A stretch of DNA of 40,786 nt from Candidatus Thorarchaeota archaeon. GTDB taxonomy: Archaea; Asgardarchaeota; Thorarchaeia; Thorarchaeales; Thorarchaeaceae. Where the stretch lies: the NCBI GenBank assembly GCA_016840855.1, contig JAEORO010000061.1, positions 1 through 40,786 of the forward strand. Direction: 5' to 3'. The position numbers and the translations under genes are program-made. Below are positions 15,054 through 25,100 of this stretch, piece after piece; position 1 is the stretch's first letter; each line of letters begins with the position of its first letter. The notes under the pieces are model-generated. The model made no database searches. It saw only the letters and a list, made by a program, of their open reading frames with translations, and was not told the origin of the DNA.

Positions 15054-16412
15054 ATGTCAGAAGAAAAACTCTCTGTTGAAGAGTTGAAGAAAAAGGCTGA
15101 GAAGCCCGGGAAGGATGCAATGATCCTTCACCCATTTTACCAGGGCAAAATCATGAGCATTGGTAAAGCACCAGTACGGGACTTCTCAGACTTTGCTATT
15201 TGGTATACTCCTGGCGTGGCGAAGCCGTGCTTGGACATCAAAGATAATCCCGAAATGGCCTATGAGCACTTGAACAAGGGGAACATGGTGGCTGTCGTAA
15301 GCGATGGCACTCGTGTACTTGGCTTGGGTGATATCGGTGCACTTGCTGCGGGCCCAGTGATGGAAGGAAAGGCAATTCTTTTCAAGTACTTGGGTGGCGT
15401 GGATGCTTGGCCAATTTGCGTTGACACAAAAGATGCTGACAAAATCATTGAATTTGTAAAACTCCTTCAGCCATCATTTGGAGGTATCAACCTTGAGGAC
15501 ATTTCCAAACCAAAGTGTTACAAGGTTCTTGAGGAACTGAGAAACGACCCCGAAGTCAAGATACCGGTCTGGCACGATGACGCTCAAGGAACAGCGACTG
15601 TTGTGCTTGCAGGTGTGCTAGGGGGGTTGAACGTTGTCAAGAAAGATATTGATAATATTTCAGTGGCTCTTCTAGGTGTGGGATCAGCCAACACGCGTAC
15701 TGCATATCTAATGATAGCTGCTGGAGTCAATCCAAAGAATATCATCATGGTGGACAGCCAAGGCGCAATATATGCAGACCGAGAGGATATCGTGAAAGAA
15801 AAAGACTATGACACCTTCAAATATGACTTGGCTCAGAAAACTAATCCAGAACGGCATTCTGGTGACTTGGGTGAGGTTATTGATGGAATGGATGTGCTCA
15901 TCTCAGCATCAACACCAGTGCCAGGCACGGTAAAGAAGGAATGGGTTTCCAAAATGGCAAAGGACTCAATCGTTTATGCATGTGCTAATCCATTACCTGA
16001 AATCTGGCCATGGGATGCAAAAGATGCAGGTGCTCGAATTGTTGGAACTGGCCGAAGCGATTTTGAAAACCAGATCAATAACTCACTTGGATTCCCAGGA
16101 ATCTTTCGAGGAACCCTAGATGTGAGAGCAAGTACGATCACTGATGAGATGTGTATCGCTGCGGCTCAAGCATTAGCAGACCTTGGAGCAAAAGAGGCTA
16201 ATGTGCGGAAAGTCATTCCAACAATGGACCAATGGGAATTGTATCCCGCAGAAGCTACTGCTGTCGGTATGAAAGCTATCGAACAAGGTATTGCTAAGAA
16301 ACATTGGGAAGAGAAGGACCTTTACAAGCATGCAGAGAAAATCATCAAACAAGCACGTGGATCTTCTGAGCTTCTCTATGAGAAAGGCTTCATACCTAAA
16401 GCACCAATCTAG
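15054..16412 (+). CDS. maeB: NAD(P)-dependent malic enzyme (short form, no PTA domain)
   Basis: [79 protein letters not shown]. Confidence 0.95.
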   Translation: MSEEKLSVEELKKKAEKPGKDAMILHPFYQGKIMSIGKAPVRDFSDFAIWYTPGVAKPCLDIKDNPEMAYEHLNKGNMVAVVSDGTRVLGLGDIGALAAGPVMEGKAILFKYLGGVDAWPICVDTKDADKIIEFVKLLQPSFGGINLEDISKPKCYKVLEELRNDPEVKIPVWHDDAQGTATVVLAGVLGGLNVVKKDIDNISVALLGVGSANTRTAYLMIAAGVNPKNIIMVDSQGAIYADREDIVKEKDYDTFKYDLAQKTNPERHSGDLGEVIDGMDVLISASTPVPGTVKKEWVSKMAKDSIVYACANPLPEIWPWDAKDAGARIVGTGRSDFENQINNSLGFPGIFRGTLDVRASTITDEMCIAAAQALADLGAKEANVRKVIPTMDQWELYPAEATAVGMKAIEQGIAKKHWEEKDLYKHAEKIIKQARGSSELLYEKGFIPKAPI

Positions 16413-16424
16413 TATTTGAAAAAT

Positions 16425-16462
16425 TGTCCTCCTGAATCTCACTGGGAGGACATCTTCTCTCC
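16425..16462 (+). terminator. Putative hairpin terminator after malic enzyme
   Basis: TGTCCTCC(16425-16432)/GGAGGACA(16445-16452) followed by a pyrimidine tract. Confidence 0.45.
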
Positions 16463-16607
16463 TTTGCCGCAATCAGCTTGTGTATTTTGTTTCAATAACA
16501 AAACTACATTGCGCTACATTATTAAGAATTGAAAATTCCACTCATCGAACCCGGTGAGCCCCCCTATATTATGTAACCGACTCATTGAAACCTCTGGAGA
16601 ATCAGAA

Positions 16608-17714
16608 ATGTCCTACGACAAATGCGTTCGATGCGGATCTTGTTTGCAGTTTTGTCCTATGTTTGATGCAACAGGTGAGGAGCAATACTCACCACGAGGA
16701 AAAGCGTATCTTTTACAGGTAATGGATCAAATTGAGGATGATAAGGAGCTTGCCAAGGAGTTTAGGCGACTCCTATTCGAATGTACCCTTTGTGGGCGTT
16801 GTGAAGAGACCTGCTCTTCAGGTGTAGACCTTCTGAGGATTTGGCATGAGCAGAGAGCTAAGGCAATAAAAACTGCACCTGAAGAGTTTGCATATCTTGA
16901 CCCGCTTAAGAATGCACTCTCAAATGTGAAGAACATCTATGGACTTGCGGCAGAGGATAGAGCAATCTACTGGCTTGACGAACTTGAGGACGAGATTCCA
17001 GGACTTGAGGATAGAGTCTACGAAAAGGGGAAGACTGCTGAAGTAATGGTATTTCTTGGATGTCTGATGTCATTTAGAGGCAGTCAGATTGATGTACTGA
17101 GGTCACTCTTCAAGACACTGGAAAAACTCGAAGTTGACTATCTAGTCATGGGTTCAGAGGAATTCTGTTGTGGACATCCCCTATATCTTATGGGAGATGA
17201 CGAAGGAGCGCAGAAGTTGAGAGACCACAACAAACAGGTAATTGAATCTGCAAAAGCAAAGAATGTCATCACTTGTTGTCCAGGCTGTCTGATTCAGCTC
17301 AGGGAACATCACAATCTTGAGAATACTGAAGCATTACACCATACACAATTCTTTGACAAGAACCTAGAGAAAATCCCACAGTATAACCAGACTGAAGAGT
17401 TCTCATATCATGACCCTTGTGAGCTTCATCGGATTCTTGAGATAAAAACAGAACCAAGATCAGTAATCAATAAGATGGGAATCAAGTTTCGCGAGATGGA
17501 CCTATCCTGCTGTGGAGGTGGGGGTCTCTTAAGGATGACAGATCCTGACCTTAGTGATAAGATCATCCAGTTAAGAGCAGCCCGAGAAGGTGTGAAGAAT
17601 ACAACTGTGATTACGGCTTGTCCTTCATGTCGGGAGCAACTTCTTGGACAAGACCTGAAGACCAAAGATATTGTTGAACTTCTATCAGATGCATTAGGAG
17701 GGAATGTTGAGTAA
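16608..17714 (+). CDS. Fe-S oxidoreductase, GlcF/GlpC/HdrD family (2x[4Fe-4S] plus 2 CCG domains)
   Basis: CVRCGSCLQFCP, CTLCGRCEETC, FCCG, TCCPGC, YHDPC, CCGGGG, TACPSC; ATG 16608 with GGAGA SD (ORF from 16554). Confidence 0.9.
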   Translation: MSYDKCVRCGSCLQFCPMFDATGEEQYSPRGKAYLLQVMDQIEDDKELAKEFRRLLFECTLCGRCEETCSSGVDLLRIWHEQRAKAIKTAPEEFAYLDPLKNALSNVKNIYGLAAEDRAIYWLDELEDEIPGLEDRVYEKGKTAEVMVFLGCLMSFRGSQIDVLRSLFKTLEKLEVDYLVMGSEEFCCGHPLYLMGDDEGAQKLRDHNKQVIESAKAKNVITCCPGCLIQLREHHNLENTEALHHTQFFDKNLEKIPQYNQTEEFSYHDPCELHRILEIKTEPRSVINKMGIKFREMDLSCCGGGGLLRMTDPDLSDKIIQLRAAREGVKNTTVITACPSCREQLLGQDLKTKDIVELLSDALGGNVE

Positions 17715-19052
17715 ATGAGAATCAGAGATGTCGTCATAGGTGCAAACGCAAGTATGTACTATAAGCTCAACTTCCGCAAAATCAAAGGAGTATACTATCC
17801 TCGTTCTGAGCAAGAGGTCATTGCTGCGATAAAACACGCAATTAGTAATGGACTGTCTGTGACTCCTAAAGGTGGTGGATCAGGTCTCAGTGGCGCATGC
17901 ACAGGTGGAAATGATGAACGATTAATGATTAGCAGTCTACAGATGAAAGAGGTACTGGCTGTATCAAAAGATCAAGGATACATAGATGTACAGCCAGGAA
18001 TCACACCTGATAAGATAAACGAATTCTTAGCACCTATGGGTATGCGGTTCTATGTAGCACCAAGTAGTAGAGACATTGCCACTGTTGGAGGGATTCTTTC
18101 AACAGATGGTGGAGGCAATGATACCTGGTTTAATGGAACAATGCGAGACAGCACCATCCGTGTTAAGATGGTGTTATACGATGGTAGGGTTCTCACAATC
18201 GATACTAAGGGAGTCAAGAGTAATGATCCAGAGTTGGAAACGGAGCTGAATAAGATCGGCATGTCAATACATGATGTTGCCAGCTCTCATGGAACTCTCG
18301 GATTCATCACCGAATTACGATTGTCAATTGGCCCTCAAATAAAAGAAACCCTAATTGGAGGCATTGCAGAGTTTGAGGAATGCAATGCACTTGGCCGTGC
18401 ACTCACAGAGATGATTAATAGAAAGAGTCCTGTGAGATATGGTGAAGCGATTACATCAGCGCATCTTGATGTCAGAGAGGATTTGAATCCACCCTTACTT
18501 ATCATTGACTTTCCAGCAAATTATGAATCCGAGATGAAAGACATCATAGACTACAAACCTCTCGACAAACAAGAACTGGCAAAAATGAAGGACATCAGGT
18601 TAAAGCTACCAAAGAGAAACCCGAAAATCGGTATTCAAGTCGCTTTATTTGAGGGCTATGGATTCCATGGTGATAGCCTACTCCATCTTCAAGATCGTCT
18701 AGACATGGTTAATGCACTCCTGGTAGACCATGGCATGACCCCCTTTGCGAAATATGGACATGGTCCAAGTAAATGGTACTTGGGAAACAACACTCCCACC
18801 TACGGACTCATTCTTCACTCTAGGGAAATTAAACCAGAAGATAAGAGTGGACAGGAAATGTTGGATACCGTGCTTGCCATAGTTAACCTTTGTGAAGCAA
18901 ATGGAATCACGCCAAAGCCTGAACACAAATGGCCTTATTCTGACGAACTCAAGAAGAAGCGGCTTGAGGAGATAAGAGGAATAATCGGTCAAGGATTTAA
19001 TCCATTCCTACTCTCGAAGGAGTGTAACGAAGTTCTGGGTTCAATGGTTTGA
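17715..19052 (+). CDS. FAD-binding (PCMH-type) oxidoreductase, GlcD/D-lactate dehydrogenase-like
   Basis: PKGGGSGLSGA, DVQPGI, PSSRDIATVGG, SSHGTLGFITE; starts immediately after the Fe-S gene stop. Confidence 0.85.
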   Translation: MRIRDVVIGANASMYYKLNFRKIKGVYYPRSEQEVIAAIKHAISNGLSVTPKGGGSGLSGACTGGNDERLMISSLQMKEVLAVSKDQGYIDVQPGITPDKINEFLAPMGMRFYVAPSSRDIATVGGILSTDGGGNDTWFNGTMRDSTIRVKMVLYDGRVLTIDTKGVKSNDPELETELNKIGMSIHDVASSHGTLGFITELRLSIGPQIKETLIGGIAEFEECNALGRALTEMINRKSPVRYGEAITSAHLDVREDLNPPLLIIDFPANYESEMKDIIDYKPLDKQELAKMKDIRLKLPKRNPKIGIQVALFEGYGFHGDSLLHLQDRLDMVNALLVDHGMTPFAKYGHGPSKWYLGNNTPTYGLILHSREIKPEDKSGQEMLDTVLAIVNLCEANGITPKPEHKWPYSDELKKKRLEEIRGIIGQGFNPFLLSKECNEVLGSMV

Positions 19053-19125
19053 AAGCTGCTCAACCAAGAATTTCGCAACTGCAGTCAATTCATTGTAGAA
19101 TACTTTCGGGCATCTCAGACAGGTG

Positions 19126-19133
19126 TTTATATA
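19126..19133 (+). promoter_or_regulatory. TATA box for a probably leaderless cdc6-like mRNA
   Basis: TTTATATA about 23 nt upstream of ATG 19156. Confidence 0.5.
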
Positions 19134-19155
19134 CTGTTTTCGAGACCAATTTGTG

Positions 19156-20298
19156 ATGAGAATGGTCAAGCCACATCGCAGCCCTAAGGGGTTATTTGAT
19201 CCATATTACGTACCTGAGAGACTTTTACACCGAGACCGTGAACTTGGGACTATCAATGGAGTATATCGAGATTCCTTTGAGGACGAGTATGGTGTCAACA
19301 CGCTGGTGCATGGGATTTCAGGAGTGGGAATGACTGTTTTCTCTCGGTACTTCCTTACCAAGCTTATACCTGAACAATTCAATTCCCACACTGTTTATGT
19401 TGATGCAAAACACAAGGACACCCTCGAGATTATTTCTGAACTGAATGACAAGATACACCTAGAAACGAGCAAACCTATTACTGTAGCTTTTGACCTCGAC
19501 ATTCTATGGATGCAGTTCAAGAGAACCGCTGCATCAACCGACAAAAGAACAGTGTTCGTCATTGATAATATTGATGAAACAAATGAGGATGTCTACTCAA
19601 AATTAGCAAGATTATCCAAGGAAATTCAAGCCAGTACAATTGGAGTTCTAAACAGTCACGACTATCGACTTCTGACAAAACTTCCAGCAACCCATATGTC
19701 ATACGATTTTGAGATTCCTCTGGACACATACACGCAATCACAGCTATATGACATCGTCAGGATGCGAGTAGAAGACACATTCCCCCACCAACTCACTGAA
19801 GAAATAGTACGATACATCACAGATCTCGTTGTTGAGTTTGATGCATCCAAACCGAAGACGACCGTCGAAGCACTGAAAGCTCTATGGCCCTTGGCATCAA
19901 GTGGTCAGGAGATTGATTCTGATGCAGTGCGAAGTGCAACTATGTCCATCACATCCTTTGCCCATGACAATGACTACATGGACCTTATTGAAACCATAAG
20001 CATGAATGATTACATGACACTTCTGGTTCTAGAAGCCATGAGTGAGCATCTGATGCGTTACAAGACAGAAACTTACATAGATCGCCAGACATTGAATGAG
20101 CTTGTTGAGGTCAAGTGTGAAGAGCTTGGTGTCAGATTTGCACGAAATGACATAGAGAGGAGCTTACAAACGCTCATTTTCCAGAGCATCGTATTCGAGT
20201 CAGGATATTCCAGGAATCTACTCTATGTACTTGCACCACCTGAGATAATATATGATGCGGCAATTGGTCTAAGACGTGAACTCGCTCGTAGAAAATAA
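19156..20298 (+). CDS. cdc6: Cdc6/Orc1-like protein with degenerate ATPase motifs
   Basis: FDPYYVPERLLHRDREL N-terminal motif, AAA+ fold layout, YTQSQLYDIVRMRV, C-terminal winged helix (CEELGV); Walker A GISGVGMT and Walker B VIDNID are degenerate. Confidence 0.8.
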   Translation: MRMVKPHRSPKGLFDPYYVPERLLHRDRELGTINGVYRDSFEDEYGVNTLVHGISGVGMTVFSRYFLTKLIPEQFNSHTVYVDAKHKDTLEIISELNDKIHLETSKPITVAFDLDILWMQFKRTAASTDKRTVFVIDNIDETNEDVYSKLARLSKEIQASTIGVLNSHDYRLLTKLPATHMSYDFEIPLDTYTQSQLYDIVRMRVEDTFPHQLTEEIVRYITDLVVEFDASKPKTTVEALKALWPLASSGQEIDSDAVRSATMSITSFAHDNDYMDLIETISMNDYMTLLVLEAMSEHLMRYKTETYIDRQTLNELVEVKCEELGVRFARNDIERSLQTLIFQSIVFESGYSRNLLYVLAPPEIIYDAAIGLRRELARRK

Positions 20299-20340
20299 AA
20301 GAAGAAAGGATGATGGCCGGAAACCCGGCCCTTCATTCCA
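20299..20340 (-). terminator. GC-rich hairpin terminator between convergent genes
   Basis: GGCCGG-AAAC-CCGGCC (20315-20330); followed on the minus strand by a T-rich tract (TCCTTTCTTCTTTT). Confidence 0.6.
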
Positions 20341-20344
20341 TTTG

Positions 20345-20770
20345 TTATGCAGCTTTCTTTTCTGCAAATTCCTTCTTGACCCAGGCATCTAGTCCAGCTG
20401 CGCCTTGAAGGTTTGCAAGATCTGCATCCAAGTTGTCAGGTTCAAGAACTGCGACCCAACCTGCACCATAGGGATCATCATTTAGAAGTCCAGGATTATC
20501 CTTGAGTGCTTCATTGATTTCGGTGATGGTCCCACCAACGGGAGCCTTTACCGGTCCAGTCCATTTTCCTGATTCCAGAGTGCCAATGCTTCGCCCTGCG
20601 GCGATAGCTTTGCCAGCTGGTCTCAGTCTGACGAACTTAATTTTGCCAGCTAGGTCCATTCCGAAGGTTGTAAAGCCAATTTTGACCTTACCTCCTTCCT
20701 TCTTGACCCAGATCTGATCCTCAGTGTAGTATAGATCATCAGGGAAATCAAAACCCTCGTAAGTTACCAT
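20345..20770 (-). CDS. gcvH: Glycine cleavage H-protein-like lipoyl carrier
   Basis: FPDDLYY, W.KKEG..VKIG, lipoyl-Lys motif TLESGKWTG, APVGGTITEINEAL, PGLLNDDPYGAGWV; ATG 20770 with AGGTGA SD. Confidence 0.9.
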   Translation of the reverse strand: MVTYEGFDFPDDLYYTEDQIWVKKEGGKVKIGFTTFGMDLAGKIKFVRLRPAGKAIAAGRSIGTLESGKWTGPVKAPVGGTITEINEALKDNPGLLNDDPYGAGWVAVLEPDNLDADLANLQGAAGLDAWVKKEFAEKKAA

Positions 20771-20854
20771 GGTATTGTCACCTTGCTTCATGTTTGTTTG
20801 ACGGCTACTTAAGACATTTACTCTTAGTAGATTTAGTGTGAATTTCTGATAATT

Positions 20855-21067
20855 TCAAGTGCTTTCGGTAGTATCACCGTTCATTGCACGCTTAAGTTGT
20901 TCAGCTTCCTCCACATCAATCTCGACATAGAGGGTTCCTGAATAACCACAATCCTTCTCTTCGCAGTAATAGTGATTAGGAACAAGCCACCCAGATACGG
21001 AAGTCTTGGCAGTTCTAATTTTATCAGAGCCACATTTGGGGCAGACTCGAATTTTCCTCACAGGCAC
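20855..21067 (-). CDS. Small Zn-ribbon protein
   Basis: CPKCGS...YYCEEKDCGY; GGAGG SD before GTG. Confidence 0.75.
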   Translation of the reverse strand: MPVRKIRVCPKCGSDKIRTAKTSVSGWLVPNHYYCEEKDCGYSGTLYVEIDVEEAEQLKRAMNGDTTEST

Positions 21068-21195
21068 ACTGCATCCTCCCGGCGTGGTTACTATAAATCA
21101 GAGGCCGTCCCTTAAAACAATTACCTGACGCTGAAACCCATATTTCGTCCTTCTAGGGGTGGTTATATTGGACTGGAGTATCATAAACCTATGAG

Positions 21196-21972
21196 ATGAG
21201 ATTGCCTGAAACACCACTCCGAACAGGGTTCCACACAGCTGATGAGTTTGTCAATGTGAAAACCAAGTCAGGAATAAAGGCACTTGATAGTCTTCTTGGA
21301 GGAGGCCTTGAGTCAGGATTAGTTCATCTCTTCTATGGCGAGCGCGCGCTACATGATGACTTCCATCGAATTGCTGTTAGGGTACAGACTTCAAAGGAAA
21401 GTGGGGGATTAAACAGTCCGACAATTATCATTGATAGTGCCAATATCATCAAATTAGAGAAGTTCACTCAACTCGCAGATGAGTATAATCTGGATCCTGA
21501 AACTGTCTTGGATAACATCTACATCTCACGTGCATTCAATTCTTCACAAACCTATGACCTTGTCATGAACCAGCTGGATGGATTTCTTGATATGATTCCC
21601 GCGAAGGTTCTCATGGTAACAGGACTTCCTCAGCTCTACCTTGAGGAAGGACTCAAGGGAGAAGGACTTCAGGAAATATCGCACATGGCTTCGAAGATAT
21701 CAACGCTAACGCTCAAGAGAGACACATTTACACTTGTATCCGCTTCAGTTTCTAAAAGAAGTGTCAGCCGTCCTGAAGGTGGACGAACTTTAGCAGGTAC
21801 CGCTCAAGTGCATATTCTTATTTCAGATTCAAAGTCAAGACGAACTTATACACTAGCAAAGCATCCGCAATATCCTGTTAGAAGAACCAACAGATCAATG
21901 ACAGCTCCTTCAGGATCAACACTTCCATTATCCTACTTTCTTGGAGGAGAAGAGGAGCTACGGGAAGATTAG
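21196..21972 (+). CDS. RadA/Rad51-like paralog, catalytically degenerate, no N-terminal HhH domain
   Basis: SGIKALDSLLGGGLESG, GGLNSPTIIIDS, LDPETVLDNIYISRAFNS match the RadA core; Walker A replaced by YGERALHDD; Walker B VLMVTG. Confidence 0.8.
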   Translation: MRLPETPLRTGFHTADEFVNVKTKSGIKALDSLLGGGLESGLVHLFYGERALHDDFHRIAVRVQTSKESGGLNSPTIIIDSANIIKLEKFTQLADEYNLDPETVLDNIYISRAFNSSQTYDLVMNQLDGFLDMIPAKVLMVTGLPQLYLEEGLKGEGLQEISHMASKISTLTLKRDTFTLVSASVSKRSVSRPEGGRTLAGTAQVHILISDSKSRRTYTLAKHPQYPVRRTNRSMTAPSGSTLPLSYFLGGEEELRED

Positions 21973-22159
21973 ATCTCCTAGCCTTGCTGCTTCTTTTTGA
22001 TTTTCGTTATATATCGAGAAAGAATATATCATCGAAAAAAAGTCATCAATAATTCTGAATTCTTTATCATTACTTGTCGTGTGGATTGAGTAATTTAGAT
22101 GTCAGATCTTTCTTTTTATTCGAAACAATCAGAAAAAAAGAGTAGAAACGTGGAATGAC

Positions 22160-25100
22160 CTACTCTTTCTTTCCTTCTAGGCTTTTAACAAGTTCATCGA
22201 CAAGGTCACGAGGTAACGCTTTTGCTTGTTCAATAATTGTTTCGATCTCATGCGGAGGCACCCCTTTTTGTTCAAGATCTCTTCGTAGCTCTTCAATTTC
22301 GTAGAGAGTCATTTTATCTTGCTCTATTTCCGGAGTTTCGTCAACTGGCTTTTCATGCTCAGGAGTGATGATCTCCTTGTGAACTACTTCATCTTTTTCT
22401 TCCTCTTCAAGAAAGACTCTCTCTTCATCTTCAGGCTCAATAGCTTCAACGGGTTCTTCCTTTTCCTCGCCTCCGAGCCGTCTTAGAGCTTCTTGTTGAA
22501 TATTCGCAAGGGTTTCTTCTATTGTCTTCCCTTCGCGACGAGCTGAACGGATTGCCTCTTGCATTATGACCTCTTTCACGAACGCTGCCTGCTCACTCAT
22601 CTTCATCTTTTTGATATCAGCTTGGAACTCATCAAGTTCCTCAGCACTTAGATGAGTGAGGATTGCTAGTTGCATGAGGAGTTCGCCCATTTCTGGAACC
22701 TCAATAGGTATGGCTTCTTCAGGCATTTGCGCTGCTGTTCGTGTAATCTTTAATTCCTCGAAGGTATCGTTAAAGAGCTCCGCAGTAAGCTGTTGTCTGC
22801 TTTTTACACCACTGACTGGTTTTGGTACCTTACCCTTCTTGAGAGATTTCAGCTGACCATTTATTTGACGAATTCTCTTTGGGACACTCCAAATTTTCAC
22901 ATAGGCTCCTAGCAATACGATGATGAATATGCTAATTGGTAGACCATAAAATGTGATGTTTATCAATAGCTTATCGAAATCATTGGCCTGTGGACGTATT
23001 TCAAAATTGATTATAGCGTCTTCATGAAATGCCAGACTCATTACTATTCTAATAGAAGAGAAGTCTCCATAACCTACAGCTCGAATTACTATTCGATAAT
23101 AACCATTTCCTAGAGACGAGTTGCTGCTAATGATAGCTGTTGTACCAGATTCAATGGTAAATGAAGCACCAGCAACACCCCAACCATGCCACGTGTCATT
23201 AAGATAGAAATCAAACGTTAAAGTTTCTCCATTAATCATTGTGTAGACTAGTTCAGTATCAATTACCTCACCTTCGTGAAGTATTTCTGTTGGCGTTTGA
23301 ATGAGTTTGATATTGAAATATACAACTTGGAGCTGCCGATGGTCATCAAAGATACCGATTTCAAATTGGAAGTATTTTCCTTCTATTATGATTGGTCCGG
23401 TATGACGGTCATATAATGATGCATTACTTGTATCAAATGTGAAATTATAGTAACCAAATCCTTGTTGAAAGACGATTGGCATAGTGCCTATGAAGTAATC
23501 ATTAGCTCTCATTTCGGTGTAATCGGTGAAGTTTGCATTAGTGATTCCACCAAATAATCCTCCCACTGTACTAATATCATTATAGAGTAGTGAGATGTCA
23601 ATTGTATCGCCCATTGGAAGTTGGAGGTAGTATATTCCTTGTTCAAATGATATAAAGTTCTGATCAGGAAAATCAACAATCAACTCAGTAGGTCGCTCCT
23701 CAACTCGAATATAGAAACTAAACGAACGTTCCTCATAATTGAGTAGGAAGAATGCAGTTGTTATTCGTTCACGCACATTGGAATCCAGTATGGTTGTATC
23801 GATAAAGAGGGAATATGTTCCATTTCCTAGGTCTGTTGCATTAAAATCAAGGTTACCATAGTTGTAAGTTACTAATGCGCCAGATACATATCTCGAGTTA
23901 TAGTCATCTGAGAAATTAAGTGAGATATATCCAGTCCAACCCCAATCTAATTCGATAATTTCAGTGGGTCCTTCGATGCTTGTTGGAATCTTCTTTATTG
24001 TTAAAGTCATGCTAGTTAAGGTATTGGCTAGAGTGGTATTAGTTGGGTATCCATAGAACGAAACTCCCACCGTACCAAATCCAAGGATAGAGGTATTGAA
24101 TGTGAGAGTCCAGATACCACCGCCAATCGATGTGAAGTTTAGATAAATGTCACGTGTTGAATCGATCCAACTAACATTGGCATCATCAATTAGCATACTA
24201 ATTGCATTAGCAGTGAAATTAAGCTGCAATGTGACATTCTGGAGATAATAGACCTCAAGTTTTGTCGGGTCTGGAATACCAATGACTTTAAGCTGCGTTG
24301 CGGTTTGTCGAATATAAATCTTGAATTGATTAACTGCTGGATCATAGTTTCTGAAACTAGCAAAAATCTGTATATCATAAGATAACAGTGCTTCTAGAAT
24401 AGTTGCGTTTCCTGGTATCGTAACATCCCATCGCCCTGAGAAAACATCATAGGACATATAATATTTCAATCCTTCCAGCATTGCGTAAACTTGGAGATAT
24501 CCAGACGCATTTCGAACTTGAGTGCTATCGATTGAAATGCTATCGGTGATGTCCCAAAGTTCGATTTCAATATAGACAGGGTCGCCCCTGTTTACCGGAG
24601 TTACTGTTTCTGTTGGATCATAGAGTATTATTTCACTTGGGAGAGTCATTACTACTAATGTTATGGTTGTAAGTGCTACTGTGTACTTGTCTTTCATTGC
24701 TGTAACTGTAATAACATATGTTCCGGCACCAAATCCAGTTGTATCTATAATTGTAGTATATCGACCTGTTGACCCAAACTCAACCAGTGGTCCACTATCA
24801 ATTGTAATCCCAGACACCTTGTATTCCCAGATAACACTCAACGCACTTGAGATTGACACATCATTAAGTAGATCTCGGTATTCCACCCAAACATCAGCAC
24901 CACTCTTCCAGTCTACTGTGACAGATGTTTCATCAGGTGTTAGAACTGTATTGATTGCGATCACATTGAATTGTGGTGTTACAGTCACTGATGCATACAC
25001 AGAAACAGCTGCAACAATTCTTAGTGTGTAAGGTCCTAGAGTTGTCAAATCTGAAGTGCTGAAACTAATGTTGTAGATACCTGATGAACCATACTCGTAG

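Noticed and set aside
19053-19155. Replication origin (ORB repeats) next to the cdc6-like gene
   Set aside because: Short intergenic region with no TTCCAxTGGAAA/G-string repeats and no extended AT-rich unwinding element
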